A stretch of DNA of 51,484 nucleotides. Source: Chloroflexota bacterium. GTDB lineage: Bacteria > Chloroflexota > Dormibacteria > Aeolococcales > Aeolococcaceae. Position numbers and translations under genes: made by a program. The stretch covers positions 1 to 51,484 of the forward strand of contig JAXDLT010000134.1 of NCBI GenBank assembly GCA_034666465.1, written 5' to 3'. This document shows, piece by piece, positions 27,765 to 38,077 of the stretch (the first letter of the stretch is position 1; each line of letters starts with the position of its first letter). The notes below the pieces were generated by a model that worked only from the letters and a program-made list of their open reading frames with translations, had not been told where the DNA came from and did no database searches.

Positions 27765-27778
27765 CGGACGGATGTTCG
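27765..27778. promoter_or_regulatory. Candidate LexA (SOS/Cheo) box upstream of the Wadjet operon
   Basis: CGGAC-GGAT-GTTCG, one mismatch to CGAAC-N4-GTTCG, just downstream of a minus-strand -10 TATGCT (27794-27789). Confidence 0.5.
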
Positions 27779-28019
27779 GTCGGCTGGGAGCATACACCGG
27801 ATCCACACGCGGGATGGAGACGTCCGGGCGCGAGGAGGACGGAAGGCGGTCGCCTCCGCCCCGGCCGGGGTCGGTTCGCTCCTGCTCGCCCATGTCGCTC
27901 TCCCCGTGTCCGGGTCTCCGATCGAGGTGGAGCCGACGATGCGCAGGAGAGGCGACACCACTCTGTCGCGCTGACGACGGGGGAGCCCTGTCGCCGGGCG
28001 GGTGATCGCGGTTCAGGCT

Positions 28020-28694
28020 CTACCCGGCGGTCACGAGAGGACCGGACGTCGTCGCGCCGGCCACGGCCGGGTCGCCGGCGAGCTCGCGCGCGAGCGTCAT
28101 CGCGGCGGCGTCGAGATGCTCGTCCTCGACGACGCGGTTGATCACGTTCCAGCGCTCCAGGGTGCGCGCGTCGTAGCGGCGCCCGAGCATCGCCATCTCC
28201 TTCGCGCGTGCCACGCCGGCGCGCTGCGCGACGCGCTCGATCGCGCCCACGAGCGGATACAGGCCGACGGTCGCCTCGACCGAGCCGACCCTCGCCGACT
28301 CGGCGGCCACGACCAGGTCGCAGGCGAGCGCGAGCTCGAGCCCGCCACCGACGCAGATCCCGTGCACGGCGGCGACGATGGGGACCGGCAGCTCCTCGAG
28401 CGTGCGCAGGAGCTCCTGCACCGGCCGGTCGATGACCCCGTCGCCGCTCTCGGCAGCGGCCAGCATGGCGTCGAGATCGGCGCCGGCGGAGAAGTGGAGC
28501 AGCGCGCTTCGGAGCACGATCGCACGGGCGCCCTCCGCGGCCGCCCACCGGAGCCCGTCGACGACCAGCTTCGACAGCACGGGATCCAGCAGGTTGAATG
28601 GGGGGTGCCGCATGGTCAGGATCGCGACGGTGCCGTCGAGACGGCGCTCCACCCCCGGCCCGACCCGTCGTGCACTGTGCATGTCCGCCGGCAT
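28020..28694 (-). pseudogene. Enoyl-CoA hydratase/isomerase, apparently C-terminally truncated
   Basis: FSAGADL, PIVAAVHGICVGGGLELALACD; similarity ends after ARELAG, without the usual C-terminal helices. Confidence 0.7.
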
Positions 28695-28992
28695 GCGATG
28701 ACGCTAGCCGCAGGCCGATCTCGAGGGGACTGTCCGAGGGTCCAGTTCGCACGCCACGAGGGGACGTGAGGCGCAGCTCGCGGCCGAGGGGCCGTTCGCG
28801 CCGCGCTTCCCCCGCGGCGTCGCCCCGGCAGCGGAGGTCGTCACCCTGTCGCGGGAGAGGCCGCCGGGCGGAGAAGGACGCGGCCGCCGCCAACGGGGAG
28901 CGACTGGATGGCGCAAGGCCGGATGCGCGGCGGAGGTCTCATCCCCATCCTCCGCACTTCTCCAAGGGGTCGAACCGCGTCCCCCTCCAACG

Positions 28993-30579
28993 CTACCGCA
29001 ATCCCCTCGACCTTGTCATCCGCGCTCGCGGGCCGTCCGATGGCGCCTCCGTCGTGCCGGTGGTGGCCGGCGCGACCAGGGCCACGAGCCGCCGCGGGTC
29101 GACGTCGGGCGGGTGGTGCATCTCCCACGCCCCCGAACGCTTCTCCAGCAGGTACCAGAGCTCGTCGCGTCCGCAGCGGAGCTGCAAGCCCGCCCCGTGG
29201 TGGGTGACCCGCTCGCCGCGTACCGAGGCGTGTCCGAATGCGGCGGCGAGCGCCGCCCGCCCCTCCTCGACGACGTCGGCCGGTGGCTGCCAGCCGGGAC
29301 CGTCGAGCACCTCGAACGCCGCCCGGCCGCCGAGGTGCCACGCGAGCGCCGCGCGCATCAGTGCTCGCGGACGGGCTCCTGCGCGCGTGGCGAGGTCGTC
29401 GAAGCCGGAGCCGCCCAGGCGCTGCGCCGCCAGCCGGGCGAGGTCGGCCTCGACGGAGAGATCCAGGCCGCCGTCGCCGGTCCCGTGGGCGAGCTCCCAG
29501 GCGCGCCGGGCGGCGTCTGCGGCCAGGGCGAGAAGGTCCTCCCCGCGCACTCGGGCCCCGGCCGGGGGGTCGACGGCCAGGCTCGCGGGGAGGCCCGGTC
29601 GCGGCGGGGGAGGGGGCGGTGCCGGGAGCGCCGCCGTTCCCTCCCCGGCCGGCAGGGCGCGTGCCTCGACGCCGGGGTCCACCGCGGGCTCGAGGGAGGC
29701 CGGCGGCGCCGTCACCGCGCCGGATCCCTCGCCGCGAAGGCTGCGCAGCCCGGCCAGCGCCTGCTCGCGGCTGCGGCCGCGCAGCAGCAGGATGGTGAAG
29801 GGATCCTCGTCCATCCGGTCGGCGACCAGGTAGCAGACCGCGGCGGCGTGCTTGCAGGGGTTCGCCCAGTCGGGGCACGAGCAGGAGGGCCCGATCTCAC
29901 CGGCGGCAGGGAGAAGCGCGATGCCCTCACGGGCGACGTCCTCGACCACGGCGGGTTCGAGCACACCGTCGAGGAGGGCGGCGGCGTGCGAGGCTCGCGC
30001 CGCGACGGCGGTGAGGACGGCGCGCCACTCGTCGCCGGTGAACTCGCGGACGCGCAGACGCACCACGTAGGGCGCCGCCCTGGACCCCTGCACCGCCGCG
30101 GACACCTCCCCGGGCGCCAGGGCCAGCGGGCCCACCGCTCCGCTGCGCGCGTAGCCGCGGCCGCGGGGGAGCCGGTTGGGGTCGAGGCGGGCGCGCTGCT
30201 CGAGCGCCTCGACCCAGGCGCGTCCCCACCAGGTGGTGCCGAAGCGCGTCCCGCGCCGCGGCGCCGACAGGCTGCCGCGCGGTCCCGGGGATCGCGGCCA
30301 CCAGTCGCCGCCACGGCGCCGGCTCCGCGCCCGCGCCGGCAGGTCGTCGTCGTCGTCGTCATCGTCGAACTCGTCGAGGTCGTCACCCTCCCCGTCGACG
30401 TCGTCGGACGCCTCCAGGAGCTCGTCCACATGTGTCAGCCGGTCGACGAGGTCGGGCATCTCGGCGATCAGCTCGAAGCCGTCGAGAAGGCGGCGGCGGA
30501 CCTCCGGGTCGCTCTCCTCGGCGACGCGCCGGATCAGCCGCAGCACCTCGGGGGAGAGCTGCGGGGCCCGCCGCGTCAT
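28993..30579 (-). CDS. SWIM zinc-finger protein with acidic N-terminal extension
   Basis: FGTTWWGRAW, RLPRGRGYARSG, VQGS..PY, CSCPDWANPCKH, DPFTILLLRG; ATGA coupling to SNF2. Confidence 0.93.
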   Translation of the reverse strand: MTRRAPQLSPEVLRLIRRVAEESDPEVRRRLLDGFELIAEMPDLVDRLTHVDELLEASDDVDGEGDDLDEFDDDDDDDDLPARARSRRRGGDWWPRSPGPRGSLSAPRRGTRFGTTWWGRAWVEALEQRARLDPNRLPRGRGYARSGAVGPLALAPGEVSAAVQGSRAAPYVVRLRVREFTGDEWRAVLTAVAARASHAAALLDGVLEPAVVEDVAREGIALLPAAGEIGPSCSCPDWANPCKHAAAVCYLVADRMDEDPFTILLLRGRSREQALAGLRSLRGEGSGAVTAPPASLEPAVDPGVEARALPAGEGTAALPAPPPPPPRPGLPASLAVDPPAGARVRGEDLLALAADAARRAWELAHGTGDGGLDLSVEADLARLAAQRLGGSGFDDLATRAGARPRALMRAALAWHLGGRAAFEVLDGPGWQPPADVVEEGRAALAAAFGHASVRGERVTHHGAGLQLRCGRDELWYLLEKRSGAWEMHHPPDVDPRRLVALVAPATTGTTEAPSDGPRARMTRSRGLR

Positions 30580-33335
30580 GCCGCCGTCCGCAGCGACACC
30601 AGCTCGGCCAGCTCGGTGTCGGAGAGCTCGCTGATCCATCCCTCCCCGCCCCCGACGACCGCCTCGGCCAGGTCACGCTTGCTCGCCAGCAGGGCGGCGA
30701 TCCGGTCCTCGACGGTGCCCTCGGTGACGAGGCGGTGCACCTGGACGGGGCGGTCCTGGCCGATGCGGTGGGCTCGGTCGGTGGCCTGGTCCTCGACGGC
30801 GGGATTCCACCAGCGGTCGTAGTGGAGGACGTGGGTCGCGCGGGTGAGGTTGAGGCCGACCCCGCCCGCCTTGAGGGAGAGGAGGAAGACGGGCGCCGCA
30901 CCCGCCTGGAAGCGCGCCACCATCTCGTCGCGGCGCGGGGCGGCCAGCCCGCCGTGAAGGAACAGGCTCTCCACCCCGCGCTGGCGCAGGTGGGCCTCGA
31001 GCAGCCGCGCCATGGCGACGTACTGGGTGAAGACGAGCGCCGCGTCGCCCTCGTCGAGGATGACGTCGAGCAGCTCGTCGAGCGCGGCCAGCTTCCCCGA
31101 ACGGCCGGGCAGGGGGCCGGGCTGCTTCAGGTAGTGGGCGGGGTGGTTGCAGATCTGCTTGAGCGCGGTCAGCAGCCTCAGCACCAGCCCGCGGCGGGCC
31201 ATGCCCTCGGCACGCCGGATCTCCTCGAGCGCCTCGCGCACCACCGCCTCGTAGAGGGTCGCCTGCTCGGCCGTCAGCGGGACGATCCGGTCGGTCTCCG
31301 TCTTCGGCGGCAGCTCCGGGGCGACGTCGGGGTCGGACTTGCGGCGGCGCAGCAGGAAGGGACGGACGACCCGGGCGAGGCGGTCGCGGACGGCGGCGTC
31401 GCCGTAGCGCTCGACGGGGACGGCGACGTGCTGGCGGAAGCCGTCGAGGGTGCCGAGCAGGCCCGGGGTGGTCCAGTCGAGGATCGACCACAGATCGCTG
31501 AGCCGGTTCTCGACGGGCGTGCCGGTCAGCGCCAGCCGGGCCGTGGCGGGGAGCTGTCGCAGCTCGCGTGCCGAGCGGGACAGCGGGTTCTTGACGTACT
31601 GGGCCTCGTCGGCGACGACCAGGTCCCAGCCAATGCCGGCGAGCGCCGCGCGGTCGCGACGCACCACCCCGTAGGTGACGAGGACGGCCTCGTTCGCCGC
31701 GACGCCGTCGAGGTGGCGTGCACCGCCGTGGTACCGCCGCACCGGGACGTCGGGGGCGAAGCGGGCCAGCTCGCGCTGCCAGTTGCCCAGCAGCGATGCG
31801 GGGCAGACGACGAGCAGCGGGCCGCGGCGCCGGTGGAGGTGGAGGGCGATGACCTGGATGGTCTTGCCGAGACCCATGTCGTCGGCGAGGCAGCCGCCGA
31901 GGCCGAGGTCGGCCATCTCGGCGAGCCAGGCGACCCCACGACGCTGGTAGGGGCGCAGCTCGGCGCGCAGCCCGGGCGGCTCGGCGACCTGCCGGCGCCC
32001 GCCGGGGGCCCTGAGGCGGTCGGCGAGGGTGGCGACGGCGCCCTCGACGCGGACCGGGACCGCCTCGCCGCCGATCTCGAGGGTGTCCCCGCCGAGCGCC
32101 GCCGCCAGCGCGTCGGCAGCCCGCACCCGCTCCGGGCGGCGGCGGCGGAGGCGCTCGAGCAGCTCCGGGTCGACGGTCACCCAGTGCCCCCGCACGCGGA
32201 CCCAGGGGCGCTTCGCCTCGGCGAGAGCCGCCATCTCCTCCGGGGTCAGCAGCTCCCCCCCGAGGGTCACCTCCCAGCGGAAGTCGAGGAGGGCGTCGAG
32301 GGTGAAGGCGGCCGCGCCGGCGCGGTCGGGGGTGGGGGTGCTGCCGACCACCGCCCGCGCCTCCAGCTCGCCGCCGAGCTGGGCCGGCCAGAGAACCTCC
32401 AGCCCGGCGGCGGCGAGGGGCTCGACCGCGGGCCCGAGGAGCTGTGCGGTCTCCTCGTCGTCGAGCTCGAGGCGGTCCGGCCGCGCGACGTCGAGCGCCC
32501 GCCGCAACGGCGGCCAGGCCCGCGTTCCCCGGCGCAGCGCGAGGAGGAGCTCGCTCTCGACGGTGTCGCCGAAGCGCCGCAGCACCGCCGAGGGCGCGCG
32601 CCAGAGGTCGGCGGCGTCGACCACCAGCGAGGGGTCCGCGTGGCTGCGCAGCTGGAGGACGGCGGAGAAGGGCTGCTCGGGCTGCGGTGGCGGGACCAGC
32701 CGCAGCCCGGGGCGGGCGCTCTCCCGCCGCGGCTGGGTCGCGGCCGCCAGCCACTCCCGCATCGCCCCGACGTCGACCCGGCGCTGGCCGGCGAAGGCGG
32801 GGTGCGCGGTGAGCCGGAGCGCCGCGGGGCTGCGCGCCAGGCAGTCGGCGACGGCGTCCCAGCAGTCGCGGAGCAGCGAGGCGGCGGAGCGCACCCGCAG
32901 CGGGCGGCTTCCCTCGATGGGGAGAGCGTGCGCCTGCAGCGGGAGGGCGGCGGCGAGACCGGCGAGCCATTCCTCGTCCGCGGGGTCGAGCGGTCCCACC
33001 CGCCAGGTGTCGAAGCCGCCCGGGCTGATCGCCGGGAGCAGCCGGCCGCGGGCGACCAGGCCGAGCGCCGCCTTCACCGCCACCGACCAGGCCGCGAGCG
33101 ACGCCGGCAGGTCGCCGTCCGCGGGCAGGCCGGCGAGCCAGCCGAGCGCCTCGGCGATGGGGACGACCCGGGCGTCGACCGTCGCGCGCCGCACCGCCGC
33201 CCCGGCGCGCACCGCGACGGTCAGCTCGGCGCGCCGGCCGGGCCCTCGGGGCGGGGCCGGCGCGAAGAGCGCGAGCGCGCCCCGACGCGCCGGGTCGCCG
33301 GGAAGGAAGATGGCCTCGCCTCGATGCTCGATCAC
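30576..33335 (-). CDS. SNF2-family helicase-like ATPase (HelZ-like)
   Basis: LRPYQRRG, LADDMGLGKT, DEAQ, LTGTPVEN, LKQICNHP, RSGKL, GGVGLNLT, WWNPAVEDQATDRAHRIGQ; start uncertain (33335 or 33452). Confidence 0.95.
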   Translation of the reverse strand: MIEHRGEAIFLPGDPARRGALALFAPAPPRGPGRRAELTVAVRAGAAVRRATVDARVVPIAEALGWLAGLPADGDLPASLAAWSVAVKAALGLVARGRLLPAISPGGFDTWRVGPLDPADEEWLAGLAAALPLQAHALPIEGSRPLRVRSAASLLRDCWDAVADCLARSPAALRLTAHPAFAGQRRVDVGAMREWLAAATQPRRESARPGLRLVPPPQPEQPFSAVLQLRSHADPSLVVDAADLWRAPSAVLRRFGDTVESELLLALRRGTRAWPPLRRALDVARPDRLELDDEETAQLLGPAVEPLAAAGLEVLWPAQLGGELEARAVVGSTPTPDRAGAAAFTLDALLDFRWEVTLGGELLTPEEMAALAEAKRPWVRVRGHWVTVDPELLERLRRRRPERVRAADALAAALGGDTLEIGGEAVPVRVEGAVATLADRLRAPGGRRQVAEPPGLRAELRPYQRRGVAWLAEMADLGLGGCLADDMGLGKTIQVIALHLHRRRGPLLVVCPASLLGNWQRELARFAPDVPVRRYHGGARHLDGVAANEAVLVTYGVVRRDRAALAGIGWDLVVADEAQYVKNPLSRSARELRQLPATARLALTGTPVENRLSDLWSILDWTTPGLLGTLDGFRQHVAVPVERYGDAAVRDRLARVVRPFLLRRRKSDPDVAPELPPKTETDRIVPLTAEQATLYEAVVREALEEIRRAEGMARRGLVLRLLTALKQICNHPAHYLKQPGPLPGRSGKLAALDELLDVILDEGDAALVFTQYVAMARLLEAHLRQRGVESLFLHGGLAAPRRDEMVARFQAGAAPVFLLSLKAGGVGLNLTRATHVLHYDRWWNPAVEDQATDRAHRIGQDRPVQVHRLVTEGTVEDRIAALLASKRDLAEAVVGGGEGWISELSDTELAELVSLRTAA

Positions 33336-33694
33336 CGCCGCAGGAGGGTAGCTCCCGCGGCATGGGGATATGGGCGGGAGGGGCTGTGGATTGCGGTGGA
33401 CGGCCGGGCCCTCGGCCGGCCGTGCCGCCCGCGGGGGATCGCCGCCGTCCACCTCATCGATTGCGCCGATTGGCCTCGTGGTCTCCTCTCGGCGTCGGTG
33501 CAGCCCACTGCGAATGCGATTCGGCGCCGGGCATGTTTGCTTCGTTCGGCGCTATCGCGGACGTCGTCGCACGCTGGCGGCAAGATTCGCACGGAGCGCC
33601 CGTTGTACGAAAGCGGTTGCACTTTCCCAAGCAGCCGGGGGACGCAATGCTTCATGCGAGTGCCATGCGCGAACTCCGTGAGAGGTGGGCACGA

Positions 33695-35026
33695 ATGACC
33701 GAGGCCAACGTGCGCGGCCCGGGCATCGTGAACGCAACGGCACGTGTCCTGGACCCGCGTCCTGATCGACCGGGACCGCGGATGGGGCGAGGCCTGTTGC
33801 GCCGGCAACCCATCGCGGAGCGGGCGTTCTCTCCCATCGACTCCCTCGTGCTGCACACGTCCCGACGGATGGTGATCGCTGCTCTCGCGTACAGAGCCGC
33901 AACCGCACCCGTGTGGATCCTCGGTCTCGTCGCCTCGGAGGCTCCCCCGCGGGGGGTCGTGGAACGGCCCTGGCTCCTGATCCTCGTCACCCTGGCGCTG
34001 GTCGTCGTGAATGCCGCACTGTGCGTCGCGGTGATCCGGCGACGCGTCGACGGCCTGCTCGACAGACCCGCCGTCTTCGCGCTCGACCTGGCGATCGTCA
34101 TCACCGTCAATCTGTGGGGGAGCACGCAGATCACCGAGGGCAGCCTGCTGTCGCAGTACGCCGACGTCTTCTGGATGTACACGATCGGCGGCATGGCGTT
34201 GTGGACGGTTCTTCGAGGCGTACGCGTCGGGCTTCTCCTGGTGACCGGGGGCGCCTGCCTGATCGTGGTCATGGGACGCCTCAACGGGATCGTCTTCGAC
34301 GCCGTCGACTGGGGCGGCGTCGGCATGCGCGTCTCCTGGCTCCTGCTGGCCGTGGGTTTCGCACAGTGCATCCGCCTCCTGACCAGTGAGGGGGCGCGCG
34401 CGCTGGGCAGCCAGGCGCTCCAGGTCGGGCGCGACGCGGAGCATGCCGCCATGCTCCGGGAGATGCACGACACGGTGCTGCAGACGCTGGAGTCGATGGT
34501 GGCACGAAGCCAGCTCGACAGCCAGCCGGCCCTCGACCGCCTGCGGGAGATGCAGGTGGCAGCGCGCAGCCAGGCGGCTGAGCTGCGTGCCCGCCTGCGA
34601 CGTGCCGACGAGGAGCCTGGAGAGATCTACGACCGCCTGTCCGCCCTGGTCGCGGCCTTCGAGGCGCGGACGGGCGTGACCGGCGAGTTCGTGTACGTCG
34701 GTGAGGCTCCATCCCTGCCGCCCGAGTGCCAGAGCGCCTTCCTCGGCGCGGTGGCCGAGAGCCTGCGCAACGTGGAGTGCCACGCAGACGCCCGCCGCGT
34801 GACGGTGACCTTCCAAACGCTGGGCGACCGCGCCAGGGTGACCGTGAGGGATGACGGACGCGGCTTCCAACCCGATGCGCCCCGCAACGAGGGATTCGGG
34901 ATTGCCGGCTGCATCCTCGGGCGCCTGCGGGATGTGGGCGGTGGTGCCGCGTTCGAGAGCGCGGTGGGGCGAGGCACACGCATCGAGCTGTGGGTGCCGC
35001 TGGGCTCCGGAGCGCGAGTCCGATGA
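33695..35026 (+). CDS. Membrane sensor histidine kinase (HisKA_3 type)
   Basis: Several TM helices; REMHDTVLQTL H-box, ESLRNV, DDGRGF, GFGI. Confidence 0.92.
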   Translation: MTEANVRGPGIVNATARVLDPRPDRPGPRMGRGLLRRQPIAERAFSPIDSLVLHTSRRMVIAALAYRAATAPVWILGLVASEAPPRGVVERPWLLILVTLALVVVNAALCVAVIRRRVDGLLDRPAVFALDLAIVITVNLWGSTQITEGSLLSQYADVFWMYTIGGMALWTVLRGVRVGLLLVTGGACLIVVMGRLNGIVFDAVDWGGVGMRVSWLLLAVGFAQCIRLLTSEGARALGSQALQVGRDAEHAAMLREMHDTVLQTLESMVARSQLDSQPALDRLREMQVAARSQAAELRARLRRADEEPGEIYDRLSALVAAFEARTGVTGEFVYVGEAPSLPPECQSAFLGAVAESLRNVECHADARRVTVTFQTLGDRARVTVRDDGRGFQPDAPRNEGFGIAGCILGRLRDVGGGAAFESAVGRGTRIELWVPLGSGARVR

Positions 35027-35083
35027 TTTGGGTGTTTCCCCCTCTGGCACCGCTGCCGGATGCGGGATAGCGTGAGCGCTGTG

Positions 35084-35725
35084 ATGAGTCTTCGCGCCCT
35101 TGTGGTCGACGACCACCCGCTGTACCGGCGGGGGTTGGTCGACGCCCTCACGTCGCTGCTCGGTCTCATTGTCAGCGGCCAGGCCGGCTCCGTCAGCGAG
35201 GCGTTGGATCAGCCCATCCACCCCGACGTCGTGCTTCTCGACCTGGGGCTCCCGGTGGTGGCCGGCGCGCACGCCGTCGAGGCCATCCTGCGGAGGTGGC
35301 CGGCAGCTCACGTCCTCGTCCTGACGGCGAGCGAGTCACGTCAGTCGCTCGTCGCTGCGCTGACTGCGGGGGCGAGCGGGTACCTGACCAAGCATGCGGG
35401 AGAGGAGGAGCTCGCCGAGGCCATCGCCAAGGTGGCTCGGGGCGAGCTCTTCGTGACGCCCCGGCTCGCCGCGTACCTTCTCGAGGAGGAGCGGCTCGCT
35501 CCCCTGTCGGAATGGCCGCTGTCGGGGCGGGAGCGGGAGATCCTGCGCCTGGTCGCCGAGGGGGAGAGGGATCGGGATATCGCCGACCGGCTGTGCATCT
35601 CCCTGAAGACCGTGCAGAGCCACCTGTCCAGGATCCGGGACAAGACCAGCCGGCGGCGTCGAGCCGAGCTGACGCGCTTCGCAATCGAGGCCGGGCTGGT
35701 GGACAACGGCCATGGGAGGGGCTGA
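35084..35725 (+). CDS. NarL/LuxR family response regulator
   Basis: VVDDH, VLLDL, GASGYLTK, LSGREREILRLVAEG..IADRLCISLKTV. Confidence 0.95.
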   Translation: MSLRALVVDDHPLYRRGLVDALTSLLGLIVSGQAGSVSEALDQPIHPDVVLLDLGLPVVAGAHAVEAILRRWPAAHVLVLTASESRQSLVAALTAGASGYLTKHAGEEELAEAIAKVARGELFVTPRLAAYLLEEERLAPLSEWPLSGREREILRLVAEGERDRDIADRLCISLKTVQSHLSRIRDKTSRRRRAELTRFAIEAGLVDNGHGRG

Positions 35726-35901
35726 GGCGGGCGTGGTGGTCGATGTCTGTTTCTTGGCGAATGTTGGGATCGTTGCTTTCCGCTGAATCCAAACACTGTC
35801 GTGGGCGAGAGTCGACTCACGATTGAAGAAGATGTATACGTGGATGAGTCTGCGCTGCTGGGGGGTGCCAGCTGCGGCAGTCAACCACGAGAGGGGACGG
35901 T

Positions 35902-37155
35902 ATGACTGTCGACACGTCATTCGGGATGGGTACGCTCGGGCTCCTGCATCCGTCTCTCGCGGACCCCGTCGTCGCCCTCGAGAAGCCGCCCGCGGCCGTG
36001 GAGAGCCACGGACGCCGTGCGACCCCACCGGCGGCCCGCCGCCGGCTCGCGGTCGAACGAGCCCGCTATCGCGACCTCTTCGACCTGGTTCCCGGCGGTT
36101 GTCTGATCACCGACCTCGACGGCGTCGTCATCGAGGCCAATCTCGCGGCGGCAGCGCTCGTCGGAGTGCGCCGCGACGCCCTCGCCGGCAGACCGCTGGT
36201 CGAGCTCGTCGCGCGCCGAGACCACCGTCGCCTGCGCCGCCTGGTCTCCGCCGCCGGCGCCGGGCAGACCACCGTCGAGGGCACGCTGCGGCTGGAGGCG
36301 TGCGACCGAGCGGCCACGCTGGTGACGGTCCGGATGGTGCGACGCGAGGGCGCCGCCGGCGAGGCGCTGCTGGGCTGGGCGCTCGGCGATGTCACCAGGC
36401 GCCGGGGGGTGGAGGATCGCACCGTCGAGTCGCTGCGGCACGCGCGGCGGACGCTGAAGCGGATGCGCGATCTCGACGACCTGAAGGACCTGTTCCTCCT
36501 CGCGGTGTCGCACGACGTGCGTGCGCCGCTCCTCGCCATCAATGGCATGGTCGACATCATCGCCGGAGAGGGAGGCACCGAGACCACGATCAAACCCGAT
36601 CGCCTCCTCCGCATCGTGGCCGCGATCAAGACCAACGCCACCCACCTGCAGCGGATCGGCGACGATCTGCTCAGTCTCGATCGCATCGCCCGCGGAGGGC
36701 GGGCGCTGCAGCGGTGCTCCGCCGACGTCGCCGCACTCGCCCGCACGGTGATCGACCGGACCGACACCGGAACCCGTGAGGTCGTCGTGACGGGCAGGTC
36801 CGGGCGCTGCGATGTCGACGCCGGGCTGGTCGAGCGCATCGTCGAGAACCTCCTCCGCAATGCGCTCCAGCACACCCCTCCGGGCACTCCCGTGACGGTG
36901 GTCGTGACCCGGGGCCACGGGGAGGTCGGCATCTCCGTCGAGGACCGCGGGGCCGGCGTCCGCGAGGAGGCCAGGCTCTCGATCTACGAGCCCTTCTCGA
37001 GCGCCGGACTCGACGGGCCCACACCGGGAGCCGGCATCGGCCTCTTCCTGGTGCACCGGTTCGCCCGGCTGCACGGTGGCCGCGCCTGGGTCGAGGACCG
37101 GCCCGGTGGCGGGGCGTGCTTCCGCGTCCTGCTTCCCTGTGGCTCCGCGACGTGA
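35902..37155 (+). CDS. Soluble PAS-domain histidine kinase
   Basis: RYRDLFD..TDLDGVVIEAN PAS, SHDVRAPL, ENLLRNA, EDRGAG, GAGIGL, HGGR. Confidence 0.92.
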   Translation: MTVDTSFGMGTLGLLHPSLADPVVALEKPPAAVESHGRRATPPAARRRLAVERARYRDLFDLVPGGCLITDLDGVVIEANLAAAALVGVRRDALAGRPLVELVARRDHRRLRRLVSAAGAGQTTVEGTLRLEACDRAATLVTVRMVRREGAAGEALLGWALGDVTRRRGVEDRTVESLRHARRTLKRMRDLDDLKDLFLLAVSHDVRAPLLAINGMVDIIAGEGGTETTIKPDRLLRIVAAIKTNATHLQRIGDDLLSLDRIARGGRALQRCSADVAALARTVIDRTDTGTREVVVTGRSGRCDVDAGLVERIVENLLRNALQHTPPGTPVTVVVTRGHGEVGISVEDRGAGVREEARLSIYEPFSSAGLDGPTPGAGIGLFLVHRFARLHGGRAWVEDRPGGGACFRVLLPCGSAT

Positions 37156-37859
37156 CCGTCCCGAGCTCGGCGCACCTCCCGCCCCGGGTGCTCGTCGTCG
37201 ACGACCACTGGGCCTTCGCGGATGCCATGTGCCTGGCCCTGGAGGCTCGGGACGACCTCGCCTGCGCCGGGTGCGTTGCGAGCGTCGAGGAGGCGATCGA
37301 GGCCATCACCGCGACCGGCCCCGACCTGGTCCTCATGGACCTCAACCTCCCCGGGGTCGACGGCATCGAGGGCACGCGGCGTGTCAGGGCACACAACCCT
37401 GCCGTGCGCGTGGTCGTGCTCACCGGGCAGGCCGACCTCCACAGGATGACCCTGGCGCTCGAGGCGGGGGCATCCGGCTTCCTCCTCAAGGAGGGCCGCC
37501 TCGTCCACCTGCTCGACGCCATCGCTGCTCCTGGCGGGCAGGGCCTGGTGGTGGACCACACCACCCTGACCCGGCTCGCCGAGCGGGCCGGCGGCGCCGG
37601 CCACGTCACCGGCGGTCGACGGCCGGCTCCGGTGCTCACGCCCCGCGAGTGCGACGTCATGGAGCTGATGGGCCGCGGCCTCGCACCCCAGGCCGTCGCC
37701 CGGCGCCTCGGGATCAGCGTCCACACCTGCCGGGGGAACCTCAAGACCATCTACTCGAAGCTGGACGTCCACAGCCAGGTGGAGGCCGTGATCGTCGCCG
37801 CCAGGTTGGGCCTGATCCAGTCCTCCGAGGCGGGTGCTGCCGGATCGCCGGTCGCCTGA
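37152..37859 (+). CDS. NarL/LuxR family response regulator
   Basis: VVDDH, LMDLNLP, GASGFLLK, LTPRE, IYSKLDVHSQ; GTGA coupling to the kinase. Confidence 0.94.
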   Translation: MTVPSSAHLPPRVLVVDDHWAFADAMCLALEARDDLACAGCVASVEEAIEAITATGPDLVLMDLNLPGVDGIEGTRRVRAHNPAVRVVVLTGQADLHRMTLALEAGASGFLLKEGRLVHLLDAIAAPGGQGLVVDHTTLTRLAERAGGAGHVTGGRRPAPVLTPRECDVMELMGRGLAPQAVARRLGISVHTCRGNLKTIYSKLDVHSQVEAVIVAARLGLIQSSEAGAAGSPVA

Positions 37860-38077
37860 CGCCAGGCCGCCGGCTCTGCCGGCCGCCCCGACCACCCCAC
37901 CTGGGGGGATCGGAGGGGGACCCGGATGCGGCTTGTGGGGCGCCGGACGGTCGCCTAGCGTTCCCGGTATCGGCGTCCCACGACCGGCCTCGACAACCCG
38001 GCTCCGGCTTGGAACCCGCCCCGGGGGCGCCGATCACCGCCCCACCCCGCGGACGGTTTGCTCGAGGAGAAGACGCC

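Noticed and set aside
28700-28990. Possible gene remnant between the crotonase and SWIM genes
   Set aside because: No frame gave a recognisable domain or a convincing RBS and start.
33580-33660. GGGACGCAATGC resembling part of a c-di-GMP-I riboswitch
   Set aside because: The GGCAAA-stem-GNRA P2 architecture and the downstream P3 are not present.
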